From Nymphon striatum (Eukaryota), in assembly GCA_016618385.1 (NCBI GenBank), contig JABFOP010000807.1:152216-216215 (forward strand): a DNA stretch of 64,000 bases, given 5' to 3'. Positions within the stretch are counted from its first letter, which is position 1, and each line of letters begins with the position of its first letter. Below the pieces are notes generated by a model, which did no database searches, had not been told where the DNA came from, and was given only the letters and a program-made list of their open reading frames with translations. A program made the translations under genes and the position numbers. This document shows positions 24,860 through 40,480 of this stretch, piece by piece.

Positions 24860-25015
24860 AATAGTTTCAACTTTATTAAATATTGATAATAATAATATTT
24901 AAATTCTTTGGCCTAACTAAGCTATAGATATCTGAAATATTGAGATTTCAAATATCTATAGCCTAGTTAGGCCAAAAAATTTAAATATCATTATTTAATA
25001 AAATTTAATATTTTT
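24860..25015. repeat. Near-perfect palindrome (hairpin MITE-like), with core ggcctaactaagctatagatatctgaaatattgagatttcaaatatctatagcctagttaggcc.
   Basis: The self-complementary sequence is centred at ~24940, and the flanks extend the inverted symmetry. Confidence 0.8.
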
Positions 25016-25754
25016 CTGAATATACTTCTAAATGTAATTTATCAAAACACACTTTTATTCATGTTTAATATCTGTTAAAATATAAAAAAAAAAATTTAAT
25101 TTCATAATTTTATTTTCATTCAGAACCCCCTATTAATGAATACACAAGAACGCATCTTTGTTCATTCCATTCCATTCAGAAATTATGTCTCTTTTTTTCA
25201 TTTTTTTTTTTTTTTGCCAAAATTATCACCCTACCCCCATAACATAACACTTAACCATACCCCCTAAAAATTACGTAACAAATGTATGAACCCCCCCCCC
25301 CCCCCCATTTTTCCTGGCCAAAGCACTCTAAAAAATACCAAACTTGCAAAATTTGGCCTTTAAATAGGCCAATCTGACAATGCTGATGGTGTTATGTAAC
25401 ACTTGGCCAGATACACACCCCCCTAGTAACACTAGGATACATTTTCAACACATATTAAAGTGTTTTTTTTTTTTAATTTTCTTCAATTTCATTGAAATAG
25501 ATAGTTAATTCTGGGACAGGGACACCTTGTATAGAAGAAAATGAAATGATCTTATATTAACGTACATTTAAATATATTTAAATGATAATCAGAAGGCATG
25601 CATGGATGCACTAAATTAACATCTCCAAAAGTATGTGTAAGGGTTCAAAGAAAACTACAGTCTTCTTTGTATTTATTTATGTATTATGCTGATAATGATA
25701 ACCATGATAATTTATGTGATTTTTATCATTTTTAGGCAATCAAAATTTGCAGCT

Positions 25755-26024
25755 ATGACAGACCGTAAAGCTGTTATCAAGAATGCTGACATGACAGAAG
25801 AAATGCAGCAAGATGCTGTTGACTGTGCTACTCACGCATTAGAAAAGTTCAACATCGAAAAAGATATTGCAGCATATGTCAAAAAAGAATTTGACAGGAA
25901 ATACAACCCAACTTGGCATTGCATTGTTGGCCGTAATTTTGGTAGTTATGTTACTCATGAAACAAAGCATTTCATATATTTCTACATCGGACAAGTGGCA
26001 ATCCTCTTATTCAAGTCTGGATAA
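25755..26024 (+). CDS. DYNLL: Dynein light chain LC8-type (DYNLL1/2 ortholog). Single coding exon, 89 aa.
   Basis: The translation [89 protein letters not shown] is ~90% identical to human DYNLL1 over its full length. An acceptor TTTTTAG lies at 25732-25737, just upstream of the ATG, implying a 5'UTR intron. Confidence 0.95.
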   Translation: MTDRKAVIKNADMTEEMQQDAVDCATHALEKFNIEKDIAAYVKKEFDRKYNPTWHCIVGRNFGSYVTHETKHFIYFYIGQVAILLFKSG

Positions 26025-26264
26025 TTTAGATACGATGATCAAATAATACTAAGTATGATAGCTGTAAATTCTGTTCACCGCTAAAGGCGCTTAAAAGTCA
26101 AATTTAGATGTATTGTTCTGCCAATTGTTTCATCCAATCTATTAATATTAATATGATATATTATTTCATATAAGTTTGACTTTTTTTTTTCTTCAGTGTA
26201 CATATTGATAGCACTAACTTATTTATTTAAGTTTGAAGGGGAGGCCAATGAGATGGGGGATTCC

Positions 26265-26692
26265 AGCGTTATGTGTGCGACATCCAGACACTATTTTCAC
26301 CCTTTTCACTTAAAGAACTTTTCTTCGACAGTTAGATTTTCTTTCTTTCACGTAATTCTTCAATACATAACTATAGCCTGATATTACATTTCATTTTTTT
26401 TCTAAATCTACAGGAAAAGTTAACGTTAACATTCAGTCAGATGGAAACGGCCTCCAGCTTGCCATAAACCCATGTGAGTTTAGTGCAATAAGGTTTAAAA
26501 AAAAAAAAAGTTAACGTTACGTGTGTGCGCGCACTTCTCCTGTAGATTTAGAAAAAAAATGAAATGCAAACTGGTAACATCCGGCTATGGTCATGTATCG
26601 AAGTATTACGTCAAAGAAAGAAAATCTAACTGTATAAGGAAAGTCTTTCAGTGAAAAGGGCGAAAATAGTGTCTGGATGTCGCACACGTATT
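26265..26692. repeat. Foldback inverted repeat (arms 26265-26425 and 26512-26692, ~85% identical; ~85-bp loop) 240 bp downstream of the DYNLL stop codon.
   Basis: The reverse complement of 26512-26692 aligns to 26265-26425 (gtgtgcgacatccagacactattttc.cccttttcact.aaaga...ttagattttctttctttcacgtaat.cttc.atacat...ttctaaatctacagga.aag). Confidence 0.8.
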
Positions 26693-27033
26693 GCTAGAAT
26701 CACCCAGAAGCACTTTTGGAAGAGAGCCATATGATTTTGGCTATGAATGCTATTTTGATTCAGAAGTCATGCAACAAATATTCCATAATAATTGTGAAAA
26801 TTTCATTCCTTTACTCATCATCTCTAATTTGTTTTCAATATTTTTTTTTTTTTTTTTTGATAGAGAAAGAAAATTTTAATTAAATCATCCAGGATTTTAG
26901 GTTGTTTTATAAGTTTACAATGTATGTTCATATAATAAAGTGTTGAGGAAAAACTATTCAGAAATAATTTTCTTTTTGTCGAGAGACGAAAGTTGGATGC
27001 TTTGGCTTTTATATATTCAAAATATATATATAC

Positions 27034-27433
27034 ACGTGCGGAACCTTTTATCCGAAATCCTTGGGACTTGGGACTTTTCGGATTTTGGAATGAAAATTTT
27101 TTTAAGTGAAAAATACAATAAATATATATGTTATTTTAAAGTTTTTTGGTTAATTACGCATACACAAAAGTATTTTATGACCCTGCTCGGTGCTGTTTTT
27201 TGTAGTCCGAGAGGCTTGGTTATTCGCTTTCTGTATACTGTAGTAAGTTACTTAAATTCTTTCAATTTACTAAAGTCACACAACATAAACGCCTTAATTA
27301 TTTTCTGGTTAACTATTCCTGGCACAACATGTGGATTGTTTCCGGTCAAGTTTGGCGCCAAACGCGAATTTTTATTATAAATTTTGGAAAAAAAAGTCTG
27401 GTTTTAGGAATTCCGGATAAAAGGTTCCGCATC
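27034..27433. mobile_element. MITE (~400 bp) with ~25-bp TIRs GCGGAACCTTTTATCCGRAAT.CC.
   Basis: acgtgcggaaccttttatccgaaatcc (27034-27060) is the reverse complement of ggaattccggataaaaggttccgcatctg (27405-27433). The interior is AT-rich and non-coding. It lies in the DYNLL-COQ5 3' intergenic region. Confidence 0.75.
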
Positions 27434-27578
27434 TGTAGTTGTAGTAATGTGATGATATTTTTTTTTACTTTTTGTTTTGTTTGTAAAAATTTTGACAGTA
27501 AATGTAAAACAAAATATGATTGTAACTAGTTTTCTTTTATTGTCTTCATTATTTTCATATATTTTACAATAAATCTAT

Positions 27579-31842
<4,264 letters not shown>

Positions 31843-32411
31843 ACATGAACATTCTAAACACGACAATCTTCTAAAGTACCATTAGTTTTGCAATAAAGAA
31901 AGGCATAATATGTTGCATATTAATAAGAGTCTTATTTTGTTACAACTTAACATGACATGACTATGATTTAGTAGTTGTTCGGACCTGTCTGTAACCGTGA
32001 TCCAGCCAGTACTGTGAATTTCATTTCTCTACTCTAGTCTAGCAAGAATATTCAAGAAATATGGAAGGAATCGAAAAACATAAAGCAATGTATAAGCGTA
32101 AAAATTCTCCATGGAGAGATGTTTACAGACAGGTATTATCAAATAGTATTACACCTGAATAAGGATGTATTCAAACTCTTGTTATTATGTAGATCGAGTT
32201 GTCGTCCGAGACAATATTATGACCTACCCTTAAGTTTAATCAAATTAAAGTTTATTTTAATAAGTGCGTGTTTGAAAGAACGATACGTAATAGAACATAT
32301 AGTATCAGGTTGAATATAGGATAGAACGTTATTAAAGAAAATAACAAACATAGATTCACAGTGGATATTTTGGAAAGAGAAATATGTTGTTACTTGTACA
32401 ATAATAAAATG

Positions 32412-33262
32412 GGGCCGCCGCCGGTAGTACCGGTGTCAAGCTAAATAACTGACCACTGCGAAATTTCTGACTTGGCCACGCCCACGTGTCAGACATCAGT
32501 TATTTAGCGCCTATAGTGCGAAAAACATGACTCTGCGAAATAACTGACCTGGTTATTTTCCTCTTTCCTCTTTCCCCAGTGAGCTCCGACTGAGCCCTTA
32601 ATGAGCCAACCACTAAACACAGGACTTCGATCCGTATCTCTTTCCCAATGAGCTCCGACTGATCCCCTAATGAGCCCACCACCAAACACAGGGTAGACCT
32701 ATACTTTAGCGTGAACCGTTGAAACCAACGCTCGGATGACATTGATCTTCGCAACATATTTTACTCTTAATTACACAAAATAATAATAAAGTTTAAATTT
32801 CACATTTTTCGATCAGCCTAGATCCGAACAGGTTAGGTAAGGTTGGCTCGATTAAAATAAATAATAGTACTAATTACCAAATTATAATGTTTGGAGGGTT
32901 AGATCAATGTCATCCGAGCGGTGGTTTAAACGGTTCAAGCTAAAGTATAGGTATATAGGTCTACCAAACACAGGACTCCGAACCGTATCTATTCCCCCAG
33001 TGAGCTCCTAATGAGTCCACCACTAAACACAGGACTTCGATCTGTATCTCTTTCCAAATGAGCTCCTAATGAGCCCACAATTAAACACAGAACTCCAATC
33101 CATATGATGGCTTGCTGATTTGTTGATCTATGGTTGAATGCCGTTGCGAAATATCTGACTGCCACAATGCGCAGCACACCCTCTGCGCAGATGCTACGCA
33201 TGCGCACCGGTTCCTTAGTCAGATATTTCGCAGGTCAGTTATTTCGCGCTACACCGGCGGAC
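32412..33262. mobile_element. Composite TIR-bounded element (~850 bp) with internal ~70-bp tandem repeats and internal inverted repeats.
   Basis: The termini are ggccgccgccggtagtaccggtg...cgaaatttctgac...cagttatttagcgc and, inverted, gcgctacaccggcggacggtacagg...gtcagatatttcgc...cagttatttcgcgc. The internal repeat ccagtgagctcc(g/t)a(ctg/atg)agcc.a.cac(t/c)aaacacaggact(t/c)cgatc.gtatctctttcc occurs x4 (32570-32700 and 32960-33090). The inverted pair is 32690-32750 and 32890-32960. Confidence 0.6.
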
Positions 33263-33985
33263 GGTACAGGCTGATGATGATGATGTACAATAAAATTTAA
33301 GGCAACCTGGACCATAAAATAAAGTCTCAAAGTCAAACTTTAAAGACTTACTTTCGTCTTTCCAGTTGAAAAGCCCTTGCCGTTGGCCTTACTTCAATGT
33401 TTGTAGGAAATTTCTTCATTGTATACTTTTGTGACCAGGTTCTATTGTTCTGAACGAAATTACTGTCAGTGGTCTTCTGTTTACTCTCTCGTCGTTTTTG
33501 ATTGAACCGTTTTGGTATACGTCAAACACAATGTCTATTCGATTACTTCTGCCCTCGTCCTAGTCTTACAGCCTTTGAGAAAATTGTTTTTGATACATCA
33601 CTGAAGTACATATGATTTGCCTCTAAACGTTGAACTAGTGCCATGTCCCATCGATGATACTTGCAGAATTTTCAGGTACTTTTTAAGTACTTTTTCAGCT
33701 TTTTTGCCAGAGTGGGTTTGCTGATTTTCCTAAGTGTTTTCCCAGGTGTAGCTAGTGCCCATGGTATTGGACTAAATTGGACTGTTGTGAGCCAGCACCA
33801 TAGCCATATATTTGTGTATAGCCAGTACATCAAAGATTTAAATATTAAAACACTATTAATTAAAAGTTTGTTCATCATAAACACATCTTTATTCAATCAT
33901 CCAATACACAGTTCAGTCTGCAGAGCTACAGTTTCAAAATGGGTTACCATAACTAAATTTGCGCAACTTGTATGGGTTACCTAGC

Positions 33986-36900
33986 ATGCCTGAACAAGAA
34001 CGTATCAGAAGTTTGTTGGAGGTGCAGGACATAGAAAAGGTTGGGAATTGCTGGTCTAGTATCATATACACAACAATGACGTACCGGAAATAAAGTAGAC
34101 GGCTGGGATTCCCCATTGGAGGAATCATTTTGTATGTCCATGATGGATTTTGTCAAAATCTGGGCCAGAAATCTAGAACATCTATTGCGTATATATATTT
34201 TTTCTTTATGAAAATGCTGATTCAATTCTATCTTTTCCTTAATTTTCTACTGTATTGTTATTTTTATACTGTGCAAACAAGAAGGCTGAGTGAATAAATA
34301 TCTTTCCACCTGTGTGTGGGATCTGATTGACCCATGTACGAATTGCTCTGTCAGGCAATCAGACTAGTGATTTTGCAACCCCTGATTACATTATTATTAT
34401 TATATGAATTTTCTTATGTTTTTTCAGCGATGCTTGGAACAAGTTAAAAAAGGAAGACAAAGGCTTATTGACCGTTTTCGAAATATAGAACCAGATTTTA
34501 AATGTGAGAATGGGATTATGGAAGTTATGGCCCAAGAATGGGAAGCATTGAAATCTGACCACAATTTACCATCTTTACATTCAGGAATATTTGATAGTCA
34601 GGTACAGGATTTTAAGGAGTTATCATTTTTGAAATTTTCATGTGTTTTATTTATTGCTAATGTGTGAACGTCTTTAGAATAATTAACAATTCCACTGTTT
34701 GAATTAATATTAATAAGGAAGAATTAAAGATGAATAAATTAATGAATATTTAGATGTTAAATTTCTTTATGGAGTTACTTGAAGCAGTGATAATGATATT
34801 ATATTGAACGCCAAGGGATCACTTTTTACTCCTTTCTCATTTCAAGCCATGAACAAAGTGTGTAGAACCGTTTTCATATAAGATCAAGAGAACAAAGTAA
34901 ATTAGTTACCAAAGTTTTAGTAATCTTCAGAGACTTGAAAAGTTCCTGTTACATGAAGCGGATGTTTTCTTATTTCTTTCTTTCTTCTTCTGTTGTTTTT
35001 TTATGAGTTTTTTTTTTCTTTTAAAAGTAGAGAATATAATAATGTTAATGGAAGAAAATATAGAATATCGTAATGGACTCTGTCGGCACTTTCTGGAGTA
35101 ATTGGATTCCTGGTTGTTGAACAAATAACTTTTTTTCTCTTTACCCAGAAAACAATCTATTCACTTGAAAAAATTAGACGTTTCTGAGTGATTTATTAAC
35201 TTGAGGAAAATTTATACAGTATGTTGTTTGAATCACATCCTTTAGTTTCTTAAATTAGACAAAAATCTTCACCTTAATCAAGAGTAACTAAGCTCATTGC
35301 CGATGAAAAATATATCGTCATAGTTCTGACTCTGTAAAGATGTTAGATGTCATGGTTCTCTATCTGTAACTGTTTTGCAACAATTCAATTTTAATTTTGA
35401 CTTGCAGAGCTTCCATGTATAAACATAGAAGCCGAGACTCCAGGTTTCACCCTCAATGCATTTCAGCAAACAGGTAATGATGTGATTATGTATTAGGCCA
35501 ATTAAAGAAACAGTGCCTAGATTTTTTGCTTTTGCTTTTTATTATTATTATTTTATGTGTTTAGTTTATCTGGAAAAATCGAACTGAAAAAATTTCTAAG
35601 CCTAAGTTTCTGTTATATTTTGCATGATTTACATATTTTCATAAACAAGTCTGTAATACATACATGTATAAAAGCGATTGGTTTCCTGAACTTGATTAAC
35701 TATATTGATTTTATCAGCTTTTAAATGATAGCAGTGAAGATGAAGCAGACGAAGAAATAATTTCTTTTATTGACATGGTAAAAGAAGAGTTGCTTGAAAC
35801 AGGTTTGTCACAAGAAATCCTTAAATTTTGCTAATGTTTCTTCTCGGAATATGTAGAAATAAGCATTATTTTAGTCATTAATGCTACATATGAAAATAGA
35901 TTTTCAGTTAAAATTCTCAATTCAGAAAAGTTCTGACGATAAACAGTCGTAAGTGATAAGTGCCATTTGCCACATTATAAGTTTTATTCAATTTACTACT
36001 TTCGGCAATAAAAATATTGTTGGTGAAATAATTAATTGATGTCAAGCCTTCTTAGTTTTTTCTATAAAAGCTACTGTATTAATTTGGCTAAATCCAAATG
36101 AGAAGTTGTTGAAAATCACATTTCATGTTTGCTGAACCAATTTTTTAATCTCGTCTCTTAAGATAGAGAAAAATAAATCTTCACTGGAATACGTTAGATG
36201 ACCTACTGAGTAAGTTCTTGCTTACCCTGATGCCTCAGCTCTCCTGTTTCATTCTCAGCATTCCGTTGCAACTAATAAACTTCATTTAACTCATTTGTCT
36301 TCATCTTCTAACTCATGAGGTTGTACTTAGCTTTTTTACGTCCATGTATGTGTTAGACATAACTTTTTGATTTTTTTAAAAAGATATATATTTACAGAAG
36401 TTATTAGTTATCTAATAATTAGTCCACAATAATTAGATACATCTGGAAGCCCAGTAGAACTGAATTTACAGGTTCAATTAAAATTTGTATGCATGAATTA
36501 TAATATATATACTATATTTTCATGCAAATTTCTCACATATGATACATAGGTATAGAAAAATAATTAATGCTGCCTATACTCTAATGCAGAAAATATGTCT
36601 CTTTTTTTCCTCTCAAACAACAAATGTATACACATAAAAAAATTTTAGCAACAACTAGTCCAAAACAGAACCAATTGTTGCCACATCAAGAGAGAGTTCA
36701 GAGACTTGAAGCCATGTAAAAAATTAGGTACACTAACTTATGCAAAAATCACTGATAAAGATGGATTCCAAGTGGTCATGTTGCTTTCTGCTAGTTTTAT
36801 GCAGTGGATATTCACCAGTATCAGTTATATTTGACAACTTCACCGAAAGGCAGGATACATGTTTGTGAAGGGTAAATGTGCTTGGAAAATAATTTATTTA

Positions 36901-38056
36901 CATTTTCATCCCGAAAAAGGGTATAAAAGGTTGTGAATAATTCATTTGAAAATATGGTAGATACGATGTATAGAGAAGAAATGACACAGTTTATGTTTTT
37001 AAATAGCTAAAAAAATTAATGAATTTATTGTTAATCCATGTTTTTGATTTTTTTTTTTTTTTTTTTTTTACAGAAAAACAAATAATTTTAGAGTACGAAA
37101 AAAACACTAATTTTACAAATAATGCTGTAAATAATTTTCCACAGTGATGCCGTCACATGTCCAATTTGCAAAAAGTATGATATGTTTTTATTTATTCAAT
37201 TGTTTACTTTGTTTTAACACATTAAACCCCAGTCCTATTAAGGCCCCGGTGCCTACGCAGTGGTTTTCTGCTCCGTACCATGTAGGCACCGGGGTGTACC
37301 AGGGTAAGATTTTTAAAAGTTAATCATCCAACTTTTAGAAATCCATGGGGTCTACTGTGTAGCCACCGGCTCTGGTCCTTCTTTAAGGGTGGGGAGTCTT
37401 TACCATGTAGGCACCGGGATGTACCGTGTAGCTACTGGGGAGAGACGATTGTCGATGAAAATATGTCAAAAACACTCCGGTACATGTCGTTGAACAAATT
37501 ATTTTTCGCTGAGGTCTACCGGGGTGTACCGTGTAGACGCCAGCTCAATGGGACTGGGGTTTTACAAACGTAATCTCTTCATTCAACTTCTACATGGCAA
37601 AAAATGGCTATTTAATAATAATAAAAATACTTTACACTTGCATGCATAAAATTGAATCTATTTTTAATTAATTTTAATTAATTTTCTAATTCTCTAACAT
37701 TTGAACCCACAATAAATTTTTTTTTTTATTCAGAAATCCATTAATGTTGAATAACGGAATCCTATTTTGCACATGTGGAATACGCCTAAATACTGAGGTA
37801 TATCTTCTTCTTTTAAAAATGTTTATTTATACACGAACATTTGCATACATTAACTTATTACTTGTTGATTATCATGAAAAATGCACAAAGTTATTCTGAA
37901 AATATGGTATAATTACAGCAAGATTGTATATCAATGAGTAATATCAAAGAGCAACTAAAACTTGGAATGACAAGCCATAATTCCGGCTGTTGTGCAGAAC
38001 CAAATTTTTCTGTTTCACGAATGTTTGAAATGAGTAACATTGTGTTGACATGTTCA
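33986..38056 (+). CDS. RPAIN: RPA-interacting protein (RPAIN/RIP-like), partial model. Exons are 34428..34601, 35718..35802, 36649..36715, 37734..37797 and 37919..38056. A possible first coding exon lies at 33986..34039 (MPEQERIRSLLEVQDIEK, low confidence). The terminal exon was not found.
   Basis: RCLEQVKKGRQRLIDRFRN...IMEVMAQEWEALKS resembles human RPAIN QGCLERMRNSRDRLLNKYRQ...VQEVMEEEWNALQS. LLNDSSEDEADEEIISFIDMVKEELLET resembles PEDLAQLEELIDMAVLEE. NPLMLNNGILFCTCGIRL with GCCAEPNFSVSRMF...LTCS resembles the C-terminal zinc-finger region NPLICPVCTK...CQCGL...HCPHTPEFSV...SCLAC. All junctions are GT-AG with consistent phases (0, 0/1, 1/2, 2/0, 0/0). The human sequence is recalled from memory, so the identification is moderate. 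Confidence 0.55.
37213..37563. mobile_element. MITE (~350 bp) with TIR AACCCCAGTCCYATT and internal repeats of gtaggcaccggggtgtacc.
   Basis: aaccccagtcctattaagg (37213-) is the reverse complement of ctcaatgggactggggtt (-37563). It has four internal copies of taggcaccggg.tgtacc. It sits in RPAIN intron 4. Confidence 0.7.
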
Positions 38057-38175
38057 GTAAGTATAATTTTGCTTGTGATAATGGGATAGAGGTGAAATTA
38101 GTCTACAATGTGTTTTGTAATTGAAATTTGCATGAATGTACCATATATTTTTTAATTGAGGCCAATAATAAAAAA

Positions 38176-38442
38176 TTGTTTGTTTAGGGTAACCCGACCG
38201 ACCGTAAAAAATGGCCCGACTCATATTTTTTTTTCCAGCTTTTTTGAGTGAAATAATTTTATTTCCAACTGTAGCAAAAAACCAAATATTGTCTGGAAAT
38301 TATCGGTAATTTTCCCCCGCCATTGTTTGATTGAAGCGATGTAAGCCAATCTCACTCAAGTATCGCGAGAGGAGGAAATAAAAAATAAAAAAAACCGACC
38401 GACCTACATTTTTCAAGCTGGTCATGTTACCCTAAACAAACA
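38176..38442. mobile_element. MITE family 'GTTTGTTTAGGGTAAC' (TIR TTGTTTGTTTAGGGTAAC), copy A (~265 bp).
   Basis: ttgtttgtttagggtaacccgaccgaccgtaaaaaatggcc...ggtcatgttaccctaaacaaaca, with a perfect 17-bp TIR. The interior holds poly(T) and poly(A) tracts. It lies downstream of RPAIN exon 6. Confidence 0.8.
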
Positions 38443-39427
38443 TTTTTTTAAGGATGGCCTGAGGTTTAGGCTTTTTCCTGCACTATTGCTCATTATGAGC
38501 ATCTTGACTTCAACATTCAAATCTGTCACAAGAAGAAAGCAAACTCCTATCTTTTACTTGACTTATTAACAAAACATGGTGTGACGGTAAATGTAGCCAA
38601 AGAATTAGGATCTTAACCTAAACACACTATAGTGAGGAGATACAACATGTGAATGCCAGACTAAAGACTTAGAAGTAGACCCTATAAAAAATATCAAGGA
38701 AGCAGAGGGTAAATTGGGAAATTAATAATTCTCGGTAAATGATAAACCGCTGGCCAAAGGTTTGCAGTTTGATGAGCATCTTAGTCATTCATTTGAAAAA
38801 GTTTGACCAAACATTCCATCAATTATGAAACCCTGAATCTGAGTTATTGAAAAGGGAAGCCACTTTTGTACCAAGTAATTTAATTTTGAGGGGCGACATG
38901 AATGACTGTGACAGATTTCACACAAAATTGAAGCCCAGGATAACTTGATTTATTTTATGATCTAATGTCAGAAATAACTATAGATACAAAACATATCATT
39001 TAGCTAATTAAACCTCATGTCTTTTATATACAATCATGCTCACAGTGTGTGGTTGAATTCACCTGCCATCTTATTGCAATTTTTAAAACGTTTTTCTTTT
39101 CTATTTTTCAGATTTGTGACTTTATATTTATTGTTGTGTAATTTTTATTATTGTATTGTTTCTGTTTTTTATTTATTTTATAAATAAATATTTATTTTTT
39201 AAATTAAGCTTGTTTGTTTCATCAATCAGGACGAAACATCAAATTACCTATATCTAAAATACTTTTTCATTGCTTCTACTAGCTATTTCTCACTCAAAGT
39301 ACATTAGATTTTTGTTAAAATGTGTTTGCGGTTAATATGCAATGTGCTAAAATGCAGAAACGCTACCTTAGTCCCCAAGAACCACACACAAAAGGGAATT
39401 ATTAACTGTACTTTTCTTTCTTGCAAA

Positions 39428-39820
39428 GCGGGTTGGCGTAGTGGTACCGGGTCAAACTTTCAATCGAGATTGCTGGTTCGTATCTGGAATCAGGCGCCCT
39501 CTTTCGAGGAATCAAGTAGCGTAACGACTCTGGGTTGAACGTCTACTTTATTTGTGTTCTTGGGCAAGATACTTAACCTCGATTGCCTCTCTCTACCCAG
39601 GTGTGTAATTGGGTATCCAGTATGCACCTTGCAGAAGATTACAAAGCTTCAAGCACCAGTTAGTTTGGGCCTCCGCAGGCCTGTGAGGGAATTTTTCCAT
39701 CAGACTTTACTTTTCTTCTTTAGCAGTTATATACTTCCGAGTATTTCACTATTTCATTAGTAGTTCTAAATACCTTTAGTGTAGCACCTGCGAGGAACGC
39801 TATTCTTGACTGCGGTGTTA
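39428..39820 (+). mobile_element. tRNA-derived SINE (tRNA-like head with A/B boxes, conserved-looking central domain, tail shared with the 24140-24410 fragment).
   Basis: The head is gcgggttggcgTAGTGGTAccgggtc...ctGGTTCGTATCTGGaatcaggcgccc (A box TRGYNNARNGG; B box GGTTCGANTCC-like). The body is ...ttgggcaagatacttaacctcgattgcctctctctacccaggtgtgtaattgggtatc.... The tail ...gtgtagcacctgcgaggaacgctattcttgact is shared with 24330-24400. Confidence 0.65.
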
Positions 39821-40480
39821 GAAATATAGATGGTAATATTATCTTTAATTAATTTTCATGTTTTCAAATGTTATCGTCCCACTTCTTGAGGGTGAGCTCT
39901 TATAGCATAGACCTCACTTCGGAAGATAGAACATATTTATTAAATATATCTAAAATGAAATACTCCGTAATACTAAAAAATGGTAAAGAAAATCCTTGTT
40001 TCAATAGACCGAGTGAAACCGGCATCTATTTTATCATATCTTCTCCAAAGAACTTAAATAACCCAGAACAAAATTTATCTACTTCAAACGAATCTTCTAA
40101 TGAAATACCGGATTCTCCTCAGAAAACACGTTATGGAAGAGTTGTAAAACTTAAACCCAAGCCAGATTTTTAATATTTATGATAATCCAATATATTTTGT
40201 CGATAATATTTTTCTTTGATTTTCATGTTATCGTTCAACTTCTTGCGGGTGAGCTCTTGTAGCATAGACCTCACTTCGTAAGATAGAACATATTTATTAA
40301 ATAAATCTAAAATAAAATACTTACTTCAGAGGATTTAATATATAGTTAGCCAATAAAATAAAAAGTGTTACTAGTTAATAGAACTGTCTTCCTTCTCACT
40401 CTACGTTACATATGACTGCCTTGCTTTGTGAGTAGAAACATAGCTGGTAATATTATCTATAATTGATATTATTTATTATA
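39820..40480. repeat. Local tandem segmental duplication (~39820-40185 duplicated at ~40190-40480, ~85% identical).
   Basis: ttttcatgtt..atcgt.c.acttcttg.gggtgagctctt.tagcatagacctcacttcg.aagatagaacatatttattaaata.atctaaaat.aaatac and agaaa.atag.tggtaatattatct.taatt occur in both halves. Confidence 0.7.

Noticed and set aside
26940-27380. 146-aa ORF on the + strand
   Set aside because: It lies entirely inside a TIR-bounded MITE (27034-27433), is AT-rich and low-complexity, and has no recognisable domain.
31864-31866. ORF-track 'M' start for COQ5 exon 1 at 31866
   Set aside because: The codon there is TTG (the ORF track evidently allows alternative starts). The first in-frame ATG is at 31840-31842, so the CDS start was set there.
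35408-35471. Exon-like segment between RPAIN exons 2 and 3
   Set aside because: It has good splice signals but no reading frame compatible with the flanking exon phases (phase-0 reading hits stops). It is not included in the CDS model and is kept as a finding.
39428-39500. Stand-alone tRNA gene
   Set aside because: It has tRNA-like A and B boxes but an irregular acceptor/T-arm and it continues directly into a ~300-bp SINE body. It is interpreted as a SINE head, not a functional tRNA.
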